A program made the position numbers and the translations under genes. DNA of 55,544 nt from Eubacteriales bacterium (GTDB taxonomy: Bacteria; Bacillota; Clostridia; Oscillospirales; CAG-382). Position 1 is the first letter of the stretch; each line of letters begins with the position of its first letter. Below, piece by piece: positions 8,324 to 17,425 of this stretch. The stretch is from the NCBI GenBank assembly GCA_045532495.1, contig JAZSGA010000042.1, forward strand, positions 1 to 55,544, in the 5' to 3' direction. The notes beneath the pieces were generated by a model, which was given only the letters and a program-made list of their open reading frames with translations, searched no databases and had not been told where the DNA came from.

Positions 8324-9679
8324 TTAAGGTCTTTTTTTGGCCTTGGGAGCTTTTCCCGATGCCTTTACACTTTCAAGATAGCTTTGTTTTATACCCTTTT
8401 TGGCATAGATAAACGGAGAATTAGCCTTCTTTTTCTTAAGAGCCGCCTTGGAAACGGGCTGTGCCTTGGGCTTTTCGTATCTTTCTTCGTCATCATCCTT
8501 TTTAGCCTTTTTGCCGCGCATAAGAAGTTCGGCTTCGCGTATCTCCTCAGGAGTAGGCTCCTTTACGGGGAACATCTTATAAAGCGCATACTGCTGTCCG
8601 ATGGAAATGATGTTCTGGAACACCCAGTAAATACCTACAAGTGCAGGCACCTGGAAACTGAACCAGAGGATCATAAGAGGCATTGTCCAGTCCATAAGCT
8701 TCATGGAGGCGTCCATCTGACCCGCATTGGGGTTATAAGTGAACTTGCGGATTATTTTTGTTGAGAAGAAGGAAGATGCAAATACAAGAATGGGCACAAT
8801 AACCAACAAAGAGAAAACTTCGGGGTTATCCATAAGGTTAAGGGGACCCATTTTGAAGCTGCTGTAGAATTCAGAAATCTGGGTGAAAGTTTCTTCACCA
8901 AAAGCTTCCCTTACTGCAGGATCTGTGGAATTTGCTATTCTGGAAATAGCATCGGTTTCGGTTATGGTGGATTTTATTCCTTCAAACAAAGGAATGTTTT
9001 TGGTAAACACTTCGGAAAGCTGTGTAAGCTTTTCGCTTGTATAACCGAGGAAGCTTGTAAGAGGATTTGTTATTGCATTGTAAAGCGCAAGAATTACAGG
9101 CAACTGAAGCAGCATGGGAAGGCAACCGCCCATGGGGTTGAACTTTTCATCGGCATAAAGCTGCTGAATTTCTTCGTTCATTTTCATTTGTGACTTTTGG
9201 TCTGTTCTGCCTGCATACTTTTTGCGTATAGCTTCCTGGCGGGGAGCAAGGCGAGCCATTTTTTGCGAGTTTTTCTGCTGCTTTATGGAAAGCGGGAACA
9301 GAATCACTTTGATGGCAAGGGCAAAAACAAGAATGGCTACGATATAGTTTCCGCAAACACCGTAAAGCCAGTTGAGCGCAGCTGCAAACCAGTTATACAG
9401 AAAGCCGAGCATGCCTCCGCTTCTGTCCATGATCTCAACCTTTTCGGTTTTGTTTTTATTTTCGGGCTGTTTTTGCTGTGCATCTGTTTCGGGCTCGGTT
9501 ACAGCTTCAGGTTCCTCTGTATCAGCTGATACTTCGGTTTCAGCCCCGGTGGTTTCTGTTGCAATTGCGGCATTTTCCACAGGCTCATCTGCAAAAACAG
9601 GTACGGCAGATGCGGTAACCGTAAGAGCGCAGAGCAAAAGGGCGGCAATTTTTTTTGCCATGCCTTTGTTGTTTTTCAT
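8324..9679 (-). CDS. yidC: YidC/Oxa1-family membrane insertase, unusually long (451 aa)
   Basis: Start chosen at the ATG at 9679 with an AAAGGAG RBS. Conserved core (PLSIKQQKS...GCLPMLLQLPI...VGIYWVFQN). Acidic N-terminal linker and Lys-rich C-terminal tail. Confidence 0.85.
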   Translation of the reverse strand: MKNNKGMAKKIAALLLCALTVTASAVPVFADEPVENAAIATETTGAETEVSADTEEPEAVTEPETDAQQKQPENKNKTEKVEIMDRSGGMLGFLYNWFAAALNWLYGVCGNYIVAILVFALAIKVILFPLSIKQQKNSQKMARLAPRQEAIRKKYAGRTDQKSQMKMNEEIQQLYADEKFNPMGGCLPMLLQLPVILALYNAITNPLTSFLGYTSEKLTQLSEVFTKNIPLFEGIKSTITETDAISRIANSTDPAVREAFGEETFTQISEFYSSFKMGPLNLMDNPEVFSLLVIVPILVFASSFFSTKIIRKFTYNPNAGQMDASMKLMDWTMPLMILWFSFQVPALVGIYWVFQNIISIGQQYALYKMFPVKEPTPEEIREAELLMRGKKAKKDDDEERYEKPKAQPVSKAALKKKKANSPFIYAKKGIKQSYLESVKASGKAPKAKKRP

Positions 9680-9728
9680 TAAGATATACTCCTTTTTTAA
9701 AGGTGGTTTTTGTCGTGGTTGAAAGCTT

Positions 9729-10010
9729 TCAGTTTGTTTTTTTGTTTGTTTTGTTATCAAGAAGCTGCTTTGCATTCCATTCGGCACGCTCGGGTGTACC
9801 CGGCACATAATCTACTCCGCCCATGCTCCATGGATTACAGCGCAATATACGCCAAACCGAAAGAGCAGTTGCTTTGAAAAAACCGTGGGTATTATACGCC
9901 TTTAAGGCATATTCCGAACAGCTGGGGTAATACTTACAGCAAGGTTTGGATTTTAAACGTGAAAGCTTGTTTCTGTAAAAATTGATACAGTAAATAAAAA
10001 TTCGTTTCAT
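9729..10010 (-). CDS. yidD: Membrane protein insertion efficiency factor YidD
   Basis: CKYYPSCSEYALKA...RILRCNPW...GGVDYVP, the hallmark YidD sequence. Located between rnpA and yidC. Confidence 0.85.
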   Translation of the reverse strand: MKRIFIYCINFYRNKLSRLKSKPCCKYYPSCSEYALKAYNTHGFFKATALSVWRILRCNPWSMGGVDYVPGTPERAEWNAKQLLDNKTNKKTN

Positions 10011-10043
10011 AATTAAAACGCGACAGCCAAGACAACAACGCTG

Positions 10044-10436
10044 TCATTTTTTGTGTTGAGGAGCTTTTTTGAATTCGTAAAGATCCTCATTCCGGACTAT
10101 TGACCGCAATGCGTTTGACATATCTCCTGCTTTGATATGGGGAGCAAATGCGGCTGCACGGGCGGCGATTATTATAATGTAGCCGTCCCTGATATGGCAA
10201 TAATTTTGCCGATAAGCCTCACGTATAAGCCGTTTTACGCGGTTGCGCTTGCACGCCTTGCCGAGCTTGCGGTTTACGGTGATGCCAAGTTTTGTTTTCA
10301 TAGGAGTACCGTCGGGATTTTTTTTGTAATTTTTGAGAATATACACGGCACATAATTTTGATACACGGCAATTGCCCTTGGTATATGCCTTTGAAAACAT
10401 GTGGTTTTCCTTTAGGGGAAGTATAAGCTTTTTCAT
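10044..10436 (-). CDS. rnpA: Ribonuclease P protein component
   Basis: Basic ~130-aa protein containing RNRVKRLIREAYR (the RNR motif). Immediately downstream of rpmH. Confidence 0.85.
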   Translation of the reverse strand: MKKLILPLKENHMFSKAYTKGNCRVSKLCAVYILKNYKKNPDGTPMKTKLGITVNRKLGKACKRNRVKRLIREAYRQNYCHIRDGYIIIIAARAAAFAPHIKAGDMSNALRSIVRNEDLYEFKKAPQHKK

Positions 10437-10577
10437 ATAAAAACTTCCTTAAATTTGTTTATAACACCGTGCAAAAAAGGGTGCACGACGATATCCGACA
10501 AAATAACAATGCCGGTGTCGGGGCACCCTGTTTTGCAACTGTTTAAAAAACAAGCTTGTACGGCCGGTAAACAAGAA

Positions 10578-10712
10578 TCAGTATGTGAGTCTTGCTCTGC
10601 CCTTAAGGCGTCTTCTCTTGAGAACCTTTCTGCCGTTGGAGGTCTTCATACGCTTTCTGAAGCCGTGTTCCTTTTTTCTCTGGAGCTTCTTGGGCTGATA
10701 TGTTCTTACCAT
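10578..10712 (-). CDS. rpmH: 50S ribosomal protein L34
   Basis: Not in the ORF track. Hand translation of the minus strand gives [44 protein letters not shown] plus a stop. GAGG RBS upstream. Confidence 0.95.
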   Translation of the reverse strand: MVRTYQPKKLQRKKEHGFRKRMKTSNGRKVLKRRRLKGRARLTY

Positions 10713-10855
10713 TTTTTAGCACCTCGCTTTCCTGGTTGGTAATTGTAACGTCGGTATATTCATGCGCCAAACGAAGGCACGTTTTTACAGCGCCTGCAGA
10801 CTTTTTACAGCCGGCGGCGCTTTTTGCGCAATTACACATTTTGCCGATATAGCGT

Positions 10856-10885
10856 ATTATACACCAAAAGGCACCCTGTTGTCAA
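10856..10885 (-). promoter_or_regulatory. Near-consensus sigma-A promoter for rpmH-rnpA
   Basis: On the minus strand: TTGACA, 18-nt spacer, TATAAT. Predicts a ~135-nt leader. Confidence 0.6.
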
Positions 10886-10920
10886 GTATATTTGCGAATT
10901 TTTTTGTGATAATTTTATCA

Positions 10921-11337
10921 TTAAAGTTTTTTCTGTCTGTCAAGATAATCCTGAAGTATTATCTGTGCAGACAAGGTATCTATTGCCTGTTTTCGCTTTT
11001 TGCCGAAAGTGCCCGTTTCGGTCATAAAGCCTGCCGCCATTATGGTAGTTCTGCGCTCATCGCACAGCTCTGTGGGCACTCCGCTTTGCTCCGTAATCAT
11101 TGCCGCAAGCTTGCGTGAGCGTGCTGCGCGGTCACCCTCGGTGCCGTTCATATTTTTGGGCAAACCCACAACCACAAGCTCTGCACCGTACTCGGTTATT
11201 TTTTCGCAAACTGTCTGCACGGCACTTTTTATACCGTTAACTTTAAATGTTCCGATGCCCCCTGCCAAAAAGCCGGTGGGATCGGACACGGCAAGGCCCA
11301 TACGAACCTCGCCAAAATCCACTCCTATAATTCTCAT
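10921..11337 (-). CDS. ruvX: Holliday-junction resolvase-like RuvX/YqgF
   Basis: MRIIGVDFGEVRMGLAVSD N-terminus, ~138 aa, C-terminal DERRTT block. Confidence 0.85.
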   Translation of the reverse strand: MRIIGVDFGEVRMGLAVSDPTGFLAGGIGTFKVNGIKSAVQTVCEKITEYGAELVVVGLPKNMNGTEGDRAARSRKLAAMITEQSGVPTELCDERRTTIMAAGFMTETGTFGKKRKQAIDTLSAQIILQDYLDRQKKL

Positions 11338-11356
11338 TTTATCTCCGTTAAATGTG

Positions 11357-13282
11357 TCAGCGTGAAAGGAATCCTATAAGTTTTGCAGATTTTGAATCCT
11401 TGTCAAAGCAAATTTCAATCACTGCCGTATGTTCGCCGTATTCCAGTCCCGAAATAAGCGGGAAAGGATTGTTCATGGAATTGCGCACCTCGCTGCCGTT
11501 TTTGCCGTCCACGGTATATTTTACCGTGCCCGATGTGTAATCCGACATAAGAAGCGCCAGCTCGGTACCCGTAAATTTTACGGTTATTTTGTTACCCGGC
11601 TGATTTACAAGCAAATAGGACAAATATGGCGTATGCGAAAGTTTATCAAAAACGCTGCCTTCCACAAAACTGCAGTTTTCAAATTTTGCCGCCATTTCCG
11701 CTGTCACAAGGTCATAATGCAATGTGCGTTCTGCACCCGGCATAACAAGTGCGGGCAACGGATGCTTTGAGATCTTGCCTGCATCGGCAAAAATAAGCTC
11801 GTTTGCAAGATACTCGGAAATTGTTGCAAAATATTCGCCATAACCTTTATCGGTCATGTGTACTATATCCGTAAAATAGTCCTTCCATGCAGGGGAAGAA
11901 TTTCCCGCAAGCTTTTGTGTAACAGCAAGCGCTCTGCCCACATCAATTGCAGGTATGCCGTATTCTGCGGCTATTTTTTCGTGTCCTTGCTTTTGAACAA
12001 AGTTTCCGCCTGCGGATGTTTTGCCGGAATCGGTTATATAAACATTTACAATATCACATTCGGGCAATGCTTTACGCACACGACGCACGATGGCTTCGTA
12101 GTTTTCTGCTGCGCTTTCGGCCGTTTCTCTGTTATAGCTGTCATTAACCGAAAACTCCACAAACAAAAGGTCGGGTTTTTGGGATATAATATCACGCTCG
12201 GTACGGAATGCGCCCAAATGGCTGCCTGTGGCACCGATAGCCGCATTTACGGATATTATTTCGGCATCGGGAAAGTTTTTGGTAAGCCATTCGCTTGTGC
12301 GTGCACGCCAGGAATACTTTTCGCGGTCGGTGGCACCGTGTCCCACGGTTACAGAGCCTCCGAAATATGCCACGGTAAGCTGCTTTTTCTGCTTAAGTTT
12401 GGTTAATGTGTTCGTAAGAGGTGTACGGGCATTTATGTACTTTTCGTACTTTGCTGTGGGTTTAACCTCATTTCTGATATTGACAGTATCCATTTTTATA
12501 TCTGATTCTCCGTTATTGAAAATACTTTGTGAAAACTCCGCATATGCCGCACCAAAGCCCATATCGGACGGCGAGGAAATAACCACATCGCCGTTCTTTG
12601 CCGAAACGCTGTATCCTGCGACAGGAAGTCCGTTTACATCGCCGCCAAAAACAATTTCACTGCGATCGGGCTGAGTTTTGGTATCGGTTTCGACAGTTCT
12701 GCCTGTCTTTTCAAGCAAGGTGGCAGAAAAATCACTTGCATACGATTCGTAAGCATCATCCGTTACCACCACGGTATATTGCGAAACATCTTTGCCGCAA
12801 AGGGTAATGGAATCTATTTCGTAATCGCTGTGATATACATAGTTGTAGCCGTTTTTTAAAACCAGCGAACCTTCGGAAACAAGATTATCGGTTATGTATT
12901 TTACGGCATCGTCATAAACGCTGTCATTACCCGCTGCAACAGCCACGGTGTTTCCGTATACTCTGACTGCATAATCATTGTAAAGCAATCCCTTTGAGGC
13001 TGTTTGAGAATAAACGCGGGATGTATTTCCTATAAGTATTTCTTTTGGATAATACGGTGCGCCCGTGGGTGCGGTTTTATCGGTAATCACCTTGATCTCC
13101 ACACCCGTTGCCTTTTTTATCGCCTTGGACAAATTTGATGCCGCTGCCTTTACAGCAAAATCGCAGGCATCGGGGCGGACGATAACATAATCGCTTTTAC
13201 CGTTTTGCACCACTGCGGTATCGGGACCGATATTAAACAAAGCACCGCCGGATATAAGCGGCATAACAAGTGCCGCTGACAA
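11357..13282 (-). CDS. Secreted multidomain SGNH/GDSL-family hydrolase (start uncertain, see findings)
   Basis: SGNH blocks: FGGSVTVGHG (I), AAIGATGS (II), FSVNDS (III), DIVHMTDKG (V). Hydrophobic N-terminus. Extra N- and C-terminal beta-rich domains. Confidence 0.7.
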   Translation of the reverse strand: MSAALVMPLISGGALFNIGPDTAVVQNGKSDYVIVRPDACDFAVKAAASNLSKAIKKATGVEIKVITDKTAPTGAPYYPKEILIGNTSRVYSQTASKGLLYNDYAVRVYGNTVAVAAGNDSVYDDAVKYITDNLVSEGSLVLKNGYNYVYHSDYEIDSITLCGKDVSQYTVVVTDDAYESYASDFSATLLEKTGRTVETDTKTQPDRSEIVFGGDVNGLPVAGYSVSAKNGDVVISSPSDMGFGAAYAEFSQSIFNNGESDIKMDTVNIRNEVKPTAKYEKYINARTPLTNTLTKLKQKKQLTVAYFGGSVTVGHGATDREKYSWRARTSEWLTKNFPDAEIISVNAAIGATGSHLGAFRTERDIISQKPDLLFVEFSVNDSYNRETAESAAENYEAIVRRVRKALPECDIVNVYITDSGKTSAGGNFVQKQGHEKIAAEYGIPAIDVGRALAVTQKLAGNSSPAWKDYFTDIVHMTDKGYGEYFATISEYLANELIFADAGKISKHPLPALVMPGAERTLHYDLVTAEMAAKFENCSFVEGSVFDKLSHTPYLSYLLVNQPGNKITVKFTGTELALLMSDYTSGTVKYTVDGKNGSEVRNSMNNPFPLISGLEYGEHTAVIEICFDKDSKSAKLIGFLSR

Positions 13283-13308
13283 AATTTTTTCATAATATTA
13301 CCCTTTTA

Positions 13309-14274
13309 TCAAAGAAGTGAGCACAAAAATTCAAAGGTCTTTTCGCCGGTGTGAGGAATACCCTCATGACCGTAATCCGGGAAAATTGCAACCTGCTTTT
13401 CGCACACGGCGTTATTGTACATTGCAAATTGTGTGGAAGGGGGACAAATTGTATCCATAAGTCCCGTAAACATAAGCATTTTGCCGCGGATTCTGGGGGC
13501 AAGGTTTTTGATGTCTATGTAGCCGAGAGTTTCGAATATTTCATCTTCGCGTTCATGGCATCCGTCATAACGGCGGAAATACTCGGTAATTGCATTATAG
13601 GCCGATTTTGCAAGATCCATTTCCCATACACGTCTGTAATCGGAAAGGAAGGGATAACAGGGAGCAAGATACTTTATATCGGGATCAAGCGCCGCACACA
13701 CAACGGTGAGTGCACCGCCCTGGGAACCGCCGTAAGCGCCCACACGTTCACTGTCCACAAAGGGCTGAGCCTTTACTATTTTTGAAAGCAGGAATGTGTC
13801 AAGGAAAATGTGCTTGAACAGCAGGTTATCCTTGCCTTTTTCCATGCCGAGCATTATTTGGCCTATCATGGTATCACCGCAAACACCTTCTCCAAGCTCA
13901 TAAGACATTCCGCCCTGACCGCGGCAATCAAGCGCCGCCACAACAAAGCCTGCCGCAGCATAGCCAAGGTAAGCGTCAAAATCCGCAGAGCGTCCCGAAT
14001 ATCCGTGGAAGCTGAGCACGGCAGGGCATTTGCCGTTTTTCTGCTTGGGCACAAGCATTTTTGCGTGCACACGGGCATTGCCTGTACCTGTAAAATAAAG
14101 GTGATAACAATCGGCAATGGGATTTTTGAATTCTGCAGGAACTATTTCGATCTGGGGATCAATGGAGTCCGCATAGCGGATATTATTATCCCAGTATTCA
14201 TCAAAATCTGAAGGTTTGGGACTTATTCCCTTGTACTGTTTGAGTTTTTCAAGGGGCATATCAATTAATGGCAT
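13309..14274 (-). CDS. CE7 acetylxylan esterase / cephalosporin-C deacetylase family
   Basis: Characteristic N-terminus MPLIDMPLEKLKQY...PSDFDEYW, the GGSQGG nucleophile elbow and the C-terminal HE dyad region. No signal peptide. Confidence 0.85.
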   Translation of the reverse strand: MPLIDMPLEKLKQYKGISPKPSDFDEYWDNNIRYADSIDPQIEIVPAEFKNPIADCYHLYFTGTGNARVHAKMLVPKQKNGKCPAVLSFHGYSGRSADFDAYLGYAAAGFVVAALDCRGQGGMSYELGEGVCGDTMIGQIMLGMEKGKDNLLFKHIFLDTFLLSKIVKAQPFVDSERVGAYGGSQGGALTVVCAALDPDIKYLAPCYPFLSDYRRVWEMDLAKSAYNAITEYFRRYDGCHEREDEIFETLGYIDIKNLAPRIRGKMLMFTGLMDTICPPSTQFAMYNNAVCEKQVAIFPDYGHEGIPHTGEKTFEFLCSLL

Positions 14275-14296
14275 GGCAGTTTCTCCTTTATTTTAA

Positions 14297-14506
14297 TTAT
14301 TTTTCTTCGTTGCGTTTGAGCTTTGTTTTTTTGCCGTCGGGCGTTTGGATATAGGTGTTATCCAGTATACCCGTAAACTGCTTGCGGTAATCGGCAATAT
14401 ATTCGGCACGGAGCTGTGCCTGCTCTGCCTTTTCTTGTTCGGAAAGACCTTGCGACTTTGCCTTGCGTGCAAGCTCGTTTATTCTGTCAACTTTTTTCTG
14501 TTCCAT
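14297..14506 (-). CDS. DUF896 (UPF0291/YnzC-like) small helical protein
   Basis: 69 aa. INELARKAKSQGLSEQEKAEQAQLRAEYI matches the DUF896 pattern. Confidence 0.7.
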   Translation of the reverse strand: MEQKKVDRINELARKAKSQGLSEQEKAEQAQLRAEYIADYRKQFTGILDNTYIQTPDGKKTKLKRNEEK

Positions 14507-14533
14507 GGGTTTTCTCCTGAATCTGTTGTTTTA

Positions 14534-15967
14534 TCAGTTTATCTGTTTTATATACTTCATAAGTCCGCTCCAGAAATAATCACTGGCAAACGTGCCATAA
14601 TTGCTTGCAGGAACGTACACATGGCAGGATGATGGCATATCCTTGAACACATCTGCACCGACAGAAAGTTTATCGGGCTGTGTATGGATCTCTATGCGCT
14701 CAAGTTTTTCGGTGCCGGCAAAAGCACGGTTGGAAATGGTGCGCAAAGCTGTGTTTTCGGGGATAACAAGGGTTTTAAGTTTGTTATCCTCCTCAAAAGC
14801 CGCCTCGCCAATGGTTATAACGGGCTGACCGTCGGCAGAAGAAGGCAGGGTTAGCTTATTTTGCTGTCTTCCTATGGCGGTAAGACCTGTTACGGCAAGT
14901 CCGCCTTCCACCTTTGTATACATAAAGAATTTACTGTTTTCGTCAATTTCGGTGATTTCGGGGGCTTTAAAATAATTATCGGGACGCTTTGGTGCCGAAT
15001 ATTTTATTGTTTCCACATATTCCGTAACTCCCGTCTGCCTCATAATATCGTCCGCCAGGACAGCTGTGCGCAAAAGCGCTCCCCTTGTGTTGAGATGGAA
15101 GTTGGAATCGTAAAAATATGCCTGGGGAAGTATGTATTTGTTTATATCGCTGATGATGGGGAAGCTGAGGTTTTCACCCATATATCTGTAAAACTCCGCG
15201 GTTTCCTCCTCTGTGCTTTCAACTGCCGATGAGTTCATGGGCGAAAAACTGAAAAACACCTTTGCGCCCTTGCGCTTTGCTGATGCTGCGTAGCTGTTGA
15301 GGTAATCAATAAACCCTTCGCCGATAATGCTTTTATTTATGATTATGGGGGTGGTGCTGTCATAATTTGACGGCATTTCGTTGTACTTGCGAACAACGGA
15401 AATATCTCCGAAGGTATTAAAGGAATTTTTGGAATATATTCCCGATGCACCCGGTTTTTCACCGCTCTGATAAAAGCCTTTTTTTGCCGAAGCAAACGAA
15501 GGCATAGTGGCAACAAGCTTTGCCGCGTTTGAAAAGCCTGCATCGCCAAGCATTGACATATCGCCGTCCAACGCCTGCCACATACTTTCACCGTTGTAAT
15601 AAAGCGAATATGTCTGTGCGTTGGTTTCGGGACATATAACCACAATGTCGCCCTCTTTTATATAAGGCTCCGACATATCAAGCATGGCTTTTGTGCCTAT
15701 GGAAGCATACAACCCGTAATTTACCACGGGCATACCCGTGTATTTTTCAAGCTGCTTTGAATCAATACCAAAAGCCAGGTTGCTTCCGCCCACAAGCACT
15801 ATTTTGGGTTCTTCAAGGGTTTTAAGCCTTTCGTGTTTGGCGGCAAAAGCGCCCAAAAATGTTTCGTCATACTGAGTGGGAATGGCAAAAATTGCGTTAT
15901 ATGCGGTAACAGCAAAGGGAACAAGCATAAGCACTGCGCACAGCACAGCATATATTATTTTTTTCAT
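14534..15967 (-). CDS. Membrane-anchored DltD/SGNH-like protein with C-terminal BspA-type leucine-rich repeats
   Basis: N-terminal TM helix. IVLVGGSNLAFGIDS (block I-like). YFYDSNFHLNTRG (DxxH-like block). C-terminal LRR_5-like repeats (ITIGEAAFEEDNKLKTLVIPENT..ISNRAFAGTEKLERIEI). Confidence 0.55.
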   Translation of the reverse strand: MKKIIYAVLCAVLMLVPFAVTAYNAIFAIPTQYDETFLGAFAAKHERLKTLEEPKIVLVGGSNLAFGIDSKQLEKYTGMPVVNYGLYASIGTKAMLDMSEPYIKEGDIVVICPETNAQTYSLYYNGESMWQALDGDMSMLGDAGFSNAAKLVATMPSFASAKKGFYQSGEKPGASGIYSKNSFNTFGDISVVRKYNEMPSNYDSTTPIIINKSIIGEGFIDYLNSYAASAKRKGAKVFFSFSPMNSSAVESTEEETAEFYRYMGENLSFPIISDINKYILPQAYFYDSNFHLNTRGALLRTAVLADDIMRQTGVTEYVETIKYSAPKRPDNYFKAPEITEIDENSKFFMYTKVEGGLAVTGLTAIGRQQNKLTLPSSADGQPVITIGEAAFEEDNKLKTLVIPENTALRTISNRAFAGTEKLERIEIHTQPDKLSVGADVFKDMPSSCHVYVPASNYGTFASDYFWSGLMKYIKQIN

Positions 15968-15979
15968 AATGCTTCCTCC

Positions 15980-17425
15980 TCAGAACTGGAAATATATAAA
16001 CGCACTGGATCCATCGCCCGCAATAAGCACAAGCCAGGCAAAAACCACTGCCCACAGCATATAAGCAGATGCTCCGCCGCGAAGCTGTGCTCCGCACTGT
16101 TCGGTATATTCACCGTAAGTGAATCTCTTATCCACCATTGTCATTACAATTGCAGAAAGGGCAAGTATAAGCACCGACGTAAGGGTTATGCCCATATCCG
16201 CCATAACAGTTGCCGCTCCGAAATCGGTAAACATTTTTGAAAGCAAGGTAATAAGATCCACCGTGTTATTGGCACGGAAGAATATCCACGCAAAGCACAC
16301 CATTGCAAAGGTTACCGCTCTGCGGAACAAACACACGGCTTTTGATGATACATCAAGACCGAGCTTTGCATAAGCCCCGTCACGCTTTTTGGCAGTAAGC
16401 ATACCAACCACACGGTAAATACCGTGAATAATGCCCCACAGCACAAATGTAAGATCCGCACCGTGCCACAGGCCGCTTACAAGGAATACAATAAACAGAT
16501 TTATGTACTGACGTTTTTTGCCCTTGCGGTTGCCGCCCAGGGGAATGTAAAGATAATCCTTGAACCAGCTTGTAAGGCTTATGTGCCAGCGTGCCCAAAA
16601 ATCCTTTATGTTACAGGCGGAATAAGGTCTGTCAAAATTCTGCATAAGTCGGTAACCCATTATGCGTCCGCAACCTATGGCAATGTCGGTGTAACCCGAA
16701 AAATCGCAGTATATCTGCACGGCAAACAGCACCGATGCAACTATCACCGCCGCACCCGTGGCATTTTGCGCATCGTTGAACACACGGTTTACATATATTG
16801 CAGCCGTATCTGCCACAACAACTTTTTTGTAAAAGCCTGCCAACATTCTTTTAAGACCAATACAAAAGTCAGAATAATTAAACTTATGCTCCGCTTTAAG
16901 CTGAGGCAAAAGGTTTTCAGGACGTTCAATGGGGCCTGCCACGAGCTGCGGAAAAAAGGACACAAACAAAGCGTAGTAAAAAAAGTTCTTTTCCGCAGGT
17001 ATGTTTCCGCGGTAAACGTCTATACTGTACGATAGTGTCTGAAAGGTATAGAAGGAAATGCCAACGGGCAGCAAAAGGCCTTCGATGGTAAAATCCGCAT
17101 GTGCTCCAAACACCGAAAACAGTGCCGAAACACCGCCTGCAAGAAAGTTGTAGTATTTGAAAAACACCAGCACCGAAAGCGATGCTACTATGGAGATTAC
17201 AAGCCACAGCTTTTTGTTTTTGGGATATTTTTCGATAAATCTGCCTGAAATATACGATACCGCCGTGGTAAACAGTATAAGGAATACAAGCTTGGCGTTC
17301 CAGCTCATATAGAAATAATAGCTGGCAATAAGCAGCGGTATAAACCTGAATTTTAGCGGAACCACAAAGTTAAGTATTGCAACTATGGGGAAGAAAACAA
17401 GGAAATCGAAGGAGTTAAAATTCAT
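15980..17425 (-). CDS. MBOAT-family membrane O-acyltransferase (AlgI/DltB/PatA-like)
   Basis: Multi-TM protein with the signature FWARWHISLTSWFKDYLYIPLGGNR and the downstream SGLWHG histidine block. Confidence 0.9.
   Translation of the reverse strand: MNFNSFDFLVFFPIVAILNFVVPLKFRFIPLLIASYYFYMSWNAKLVFLILFTTAVSYISGRFIEKYPKNKKLWLVISIVASLSVLVFFKYYNFLAGGVSALFSVFGAHADFTIEGLLLPVGISFYTFQTLSYSIDVYRGNIPAEKNFFYYALFVSFFPQLVAGPIERPENLLPQLKAEHKFNYSDFCIGLKRMLAGFYKKVVVADTAAIYVNRVFNDAQNATGAAVIVASVLFAVQIYCDFSGYTDIAIGCGRIMGYRLMQNFDRPYSACNIKDFWARWHISLTSWFKDYLYIPLGGNRKGKKRQYINLFIVFLVSGLWHGADLTFVLWGIIHGIYRVVGMLTAKKRDGAYAKLGLDVSSKAVCLFRRAVTFAMVCFAWIFFRANNTVDLITLLSKMFTDFGAATVMADMGITLTSVLILALSAIVMTMVDKRFTYGEYTEQCGAQLRGGASAYMLWAVVFAWLVLIAGDGSSAFIYFQF

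Noticed and set aside
9680-9808. N-terminal extensions offered by the ORF track. Examples: yidC 9680-9808, iorB 24247-24315, surface protein 19819-19887, SBP3 32590-32682, SBP2 31070-31090, aconitase 39500-39523, synthase 41560-41577, AraC 44163-44243, MogA-like 3610-3678, RR 4452-4457.
   Set aside because: In each case an internal ATG is preceded at 6-9 nt by a GGAGG/AAGGAG-type RBS and yields a sensible N-terminus (signal peptide or conserved start). The extension overlaps the upstream gene or an intergenic terminator.
10713-10920. Possible oriC/DnaA-box cluster upstream of rpmH.
   Set aside because: There is no TTATCCACA-like 9-mer in this spacer. The only near matches I saw (around 3081, 5821 and 16131) are single, one-mismatch hits inside coding regions.
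13290-13502. 70-aa minus-strand ORF overlapping the 3' end of the CE7 esterase gene.
   Set aside because: It lies almost entirely within the well-supported CE7 esterase gene in another frame, ending in the spacer before the SGNH gene. It has no RBS.
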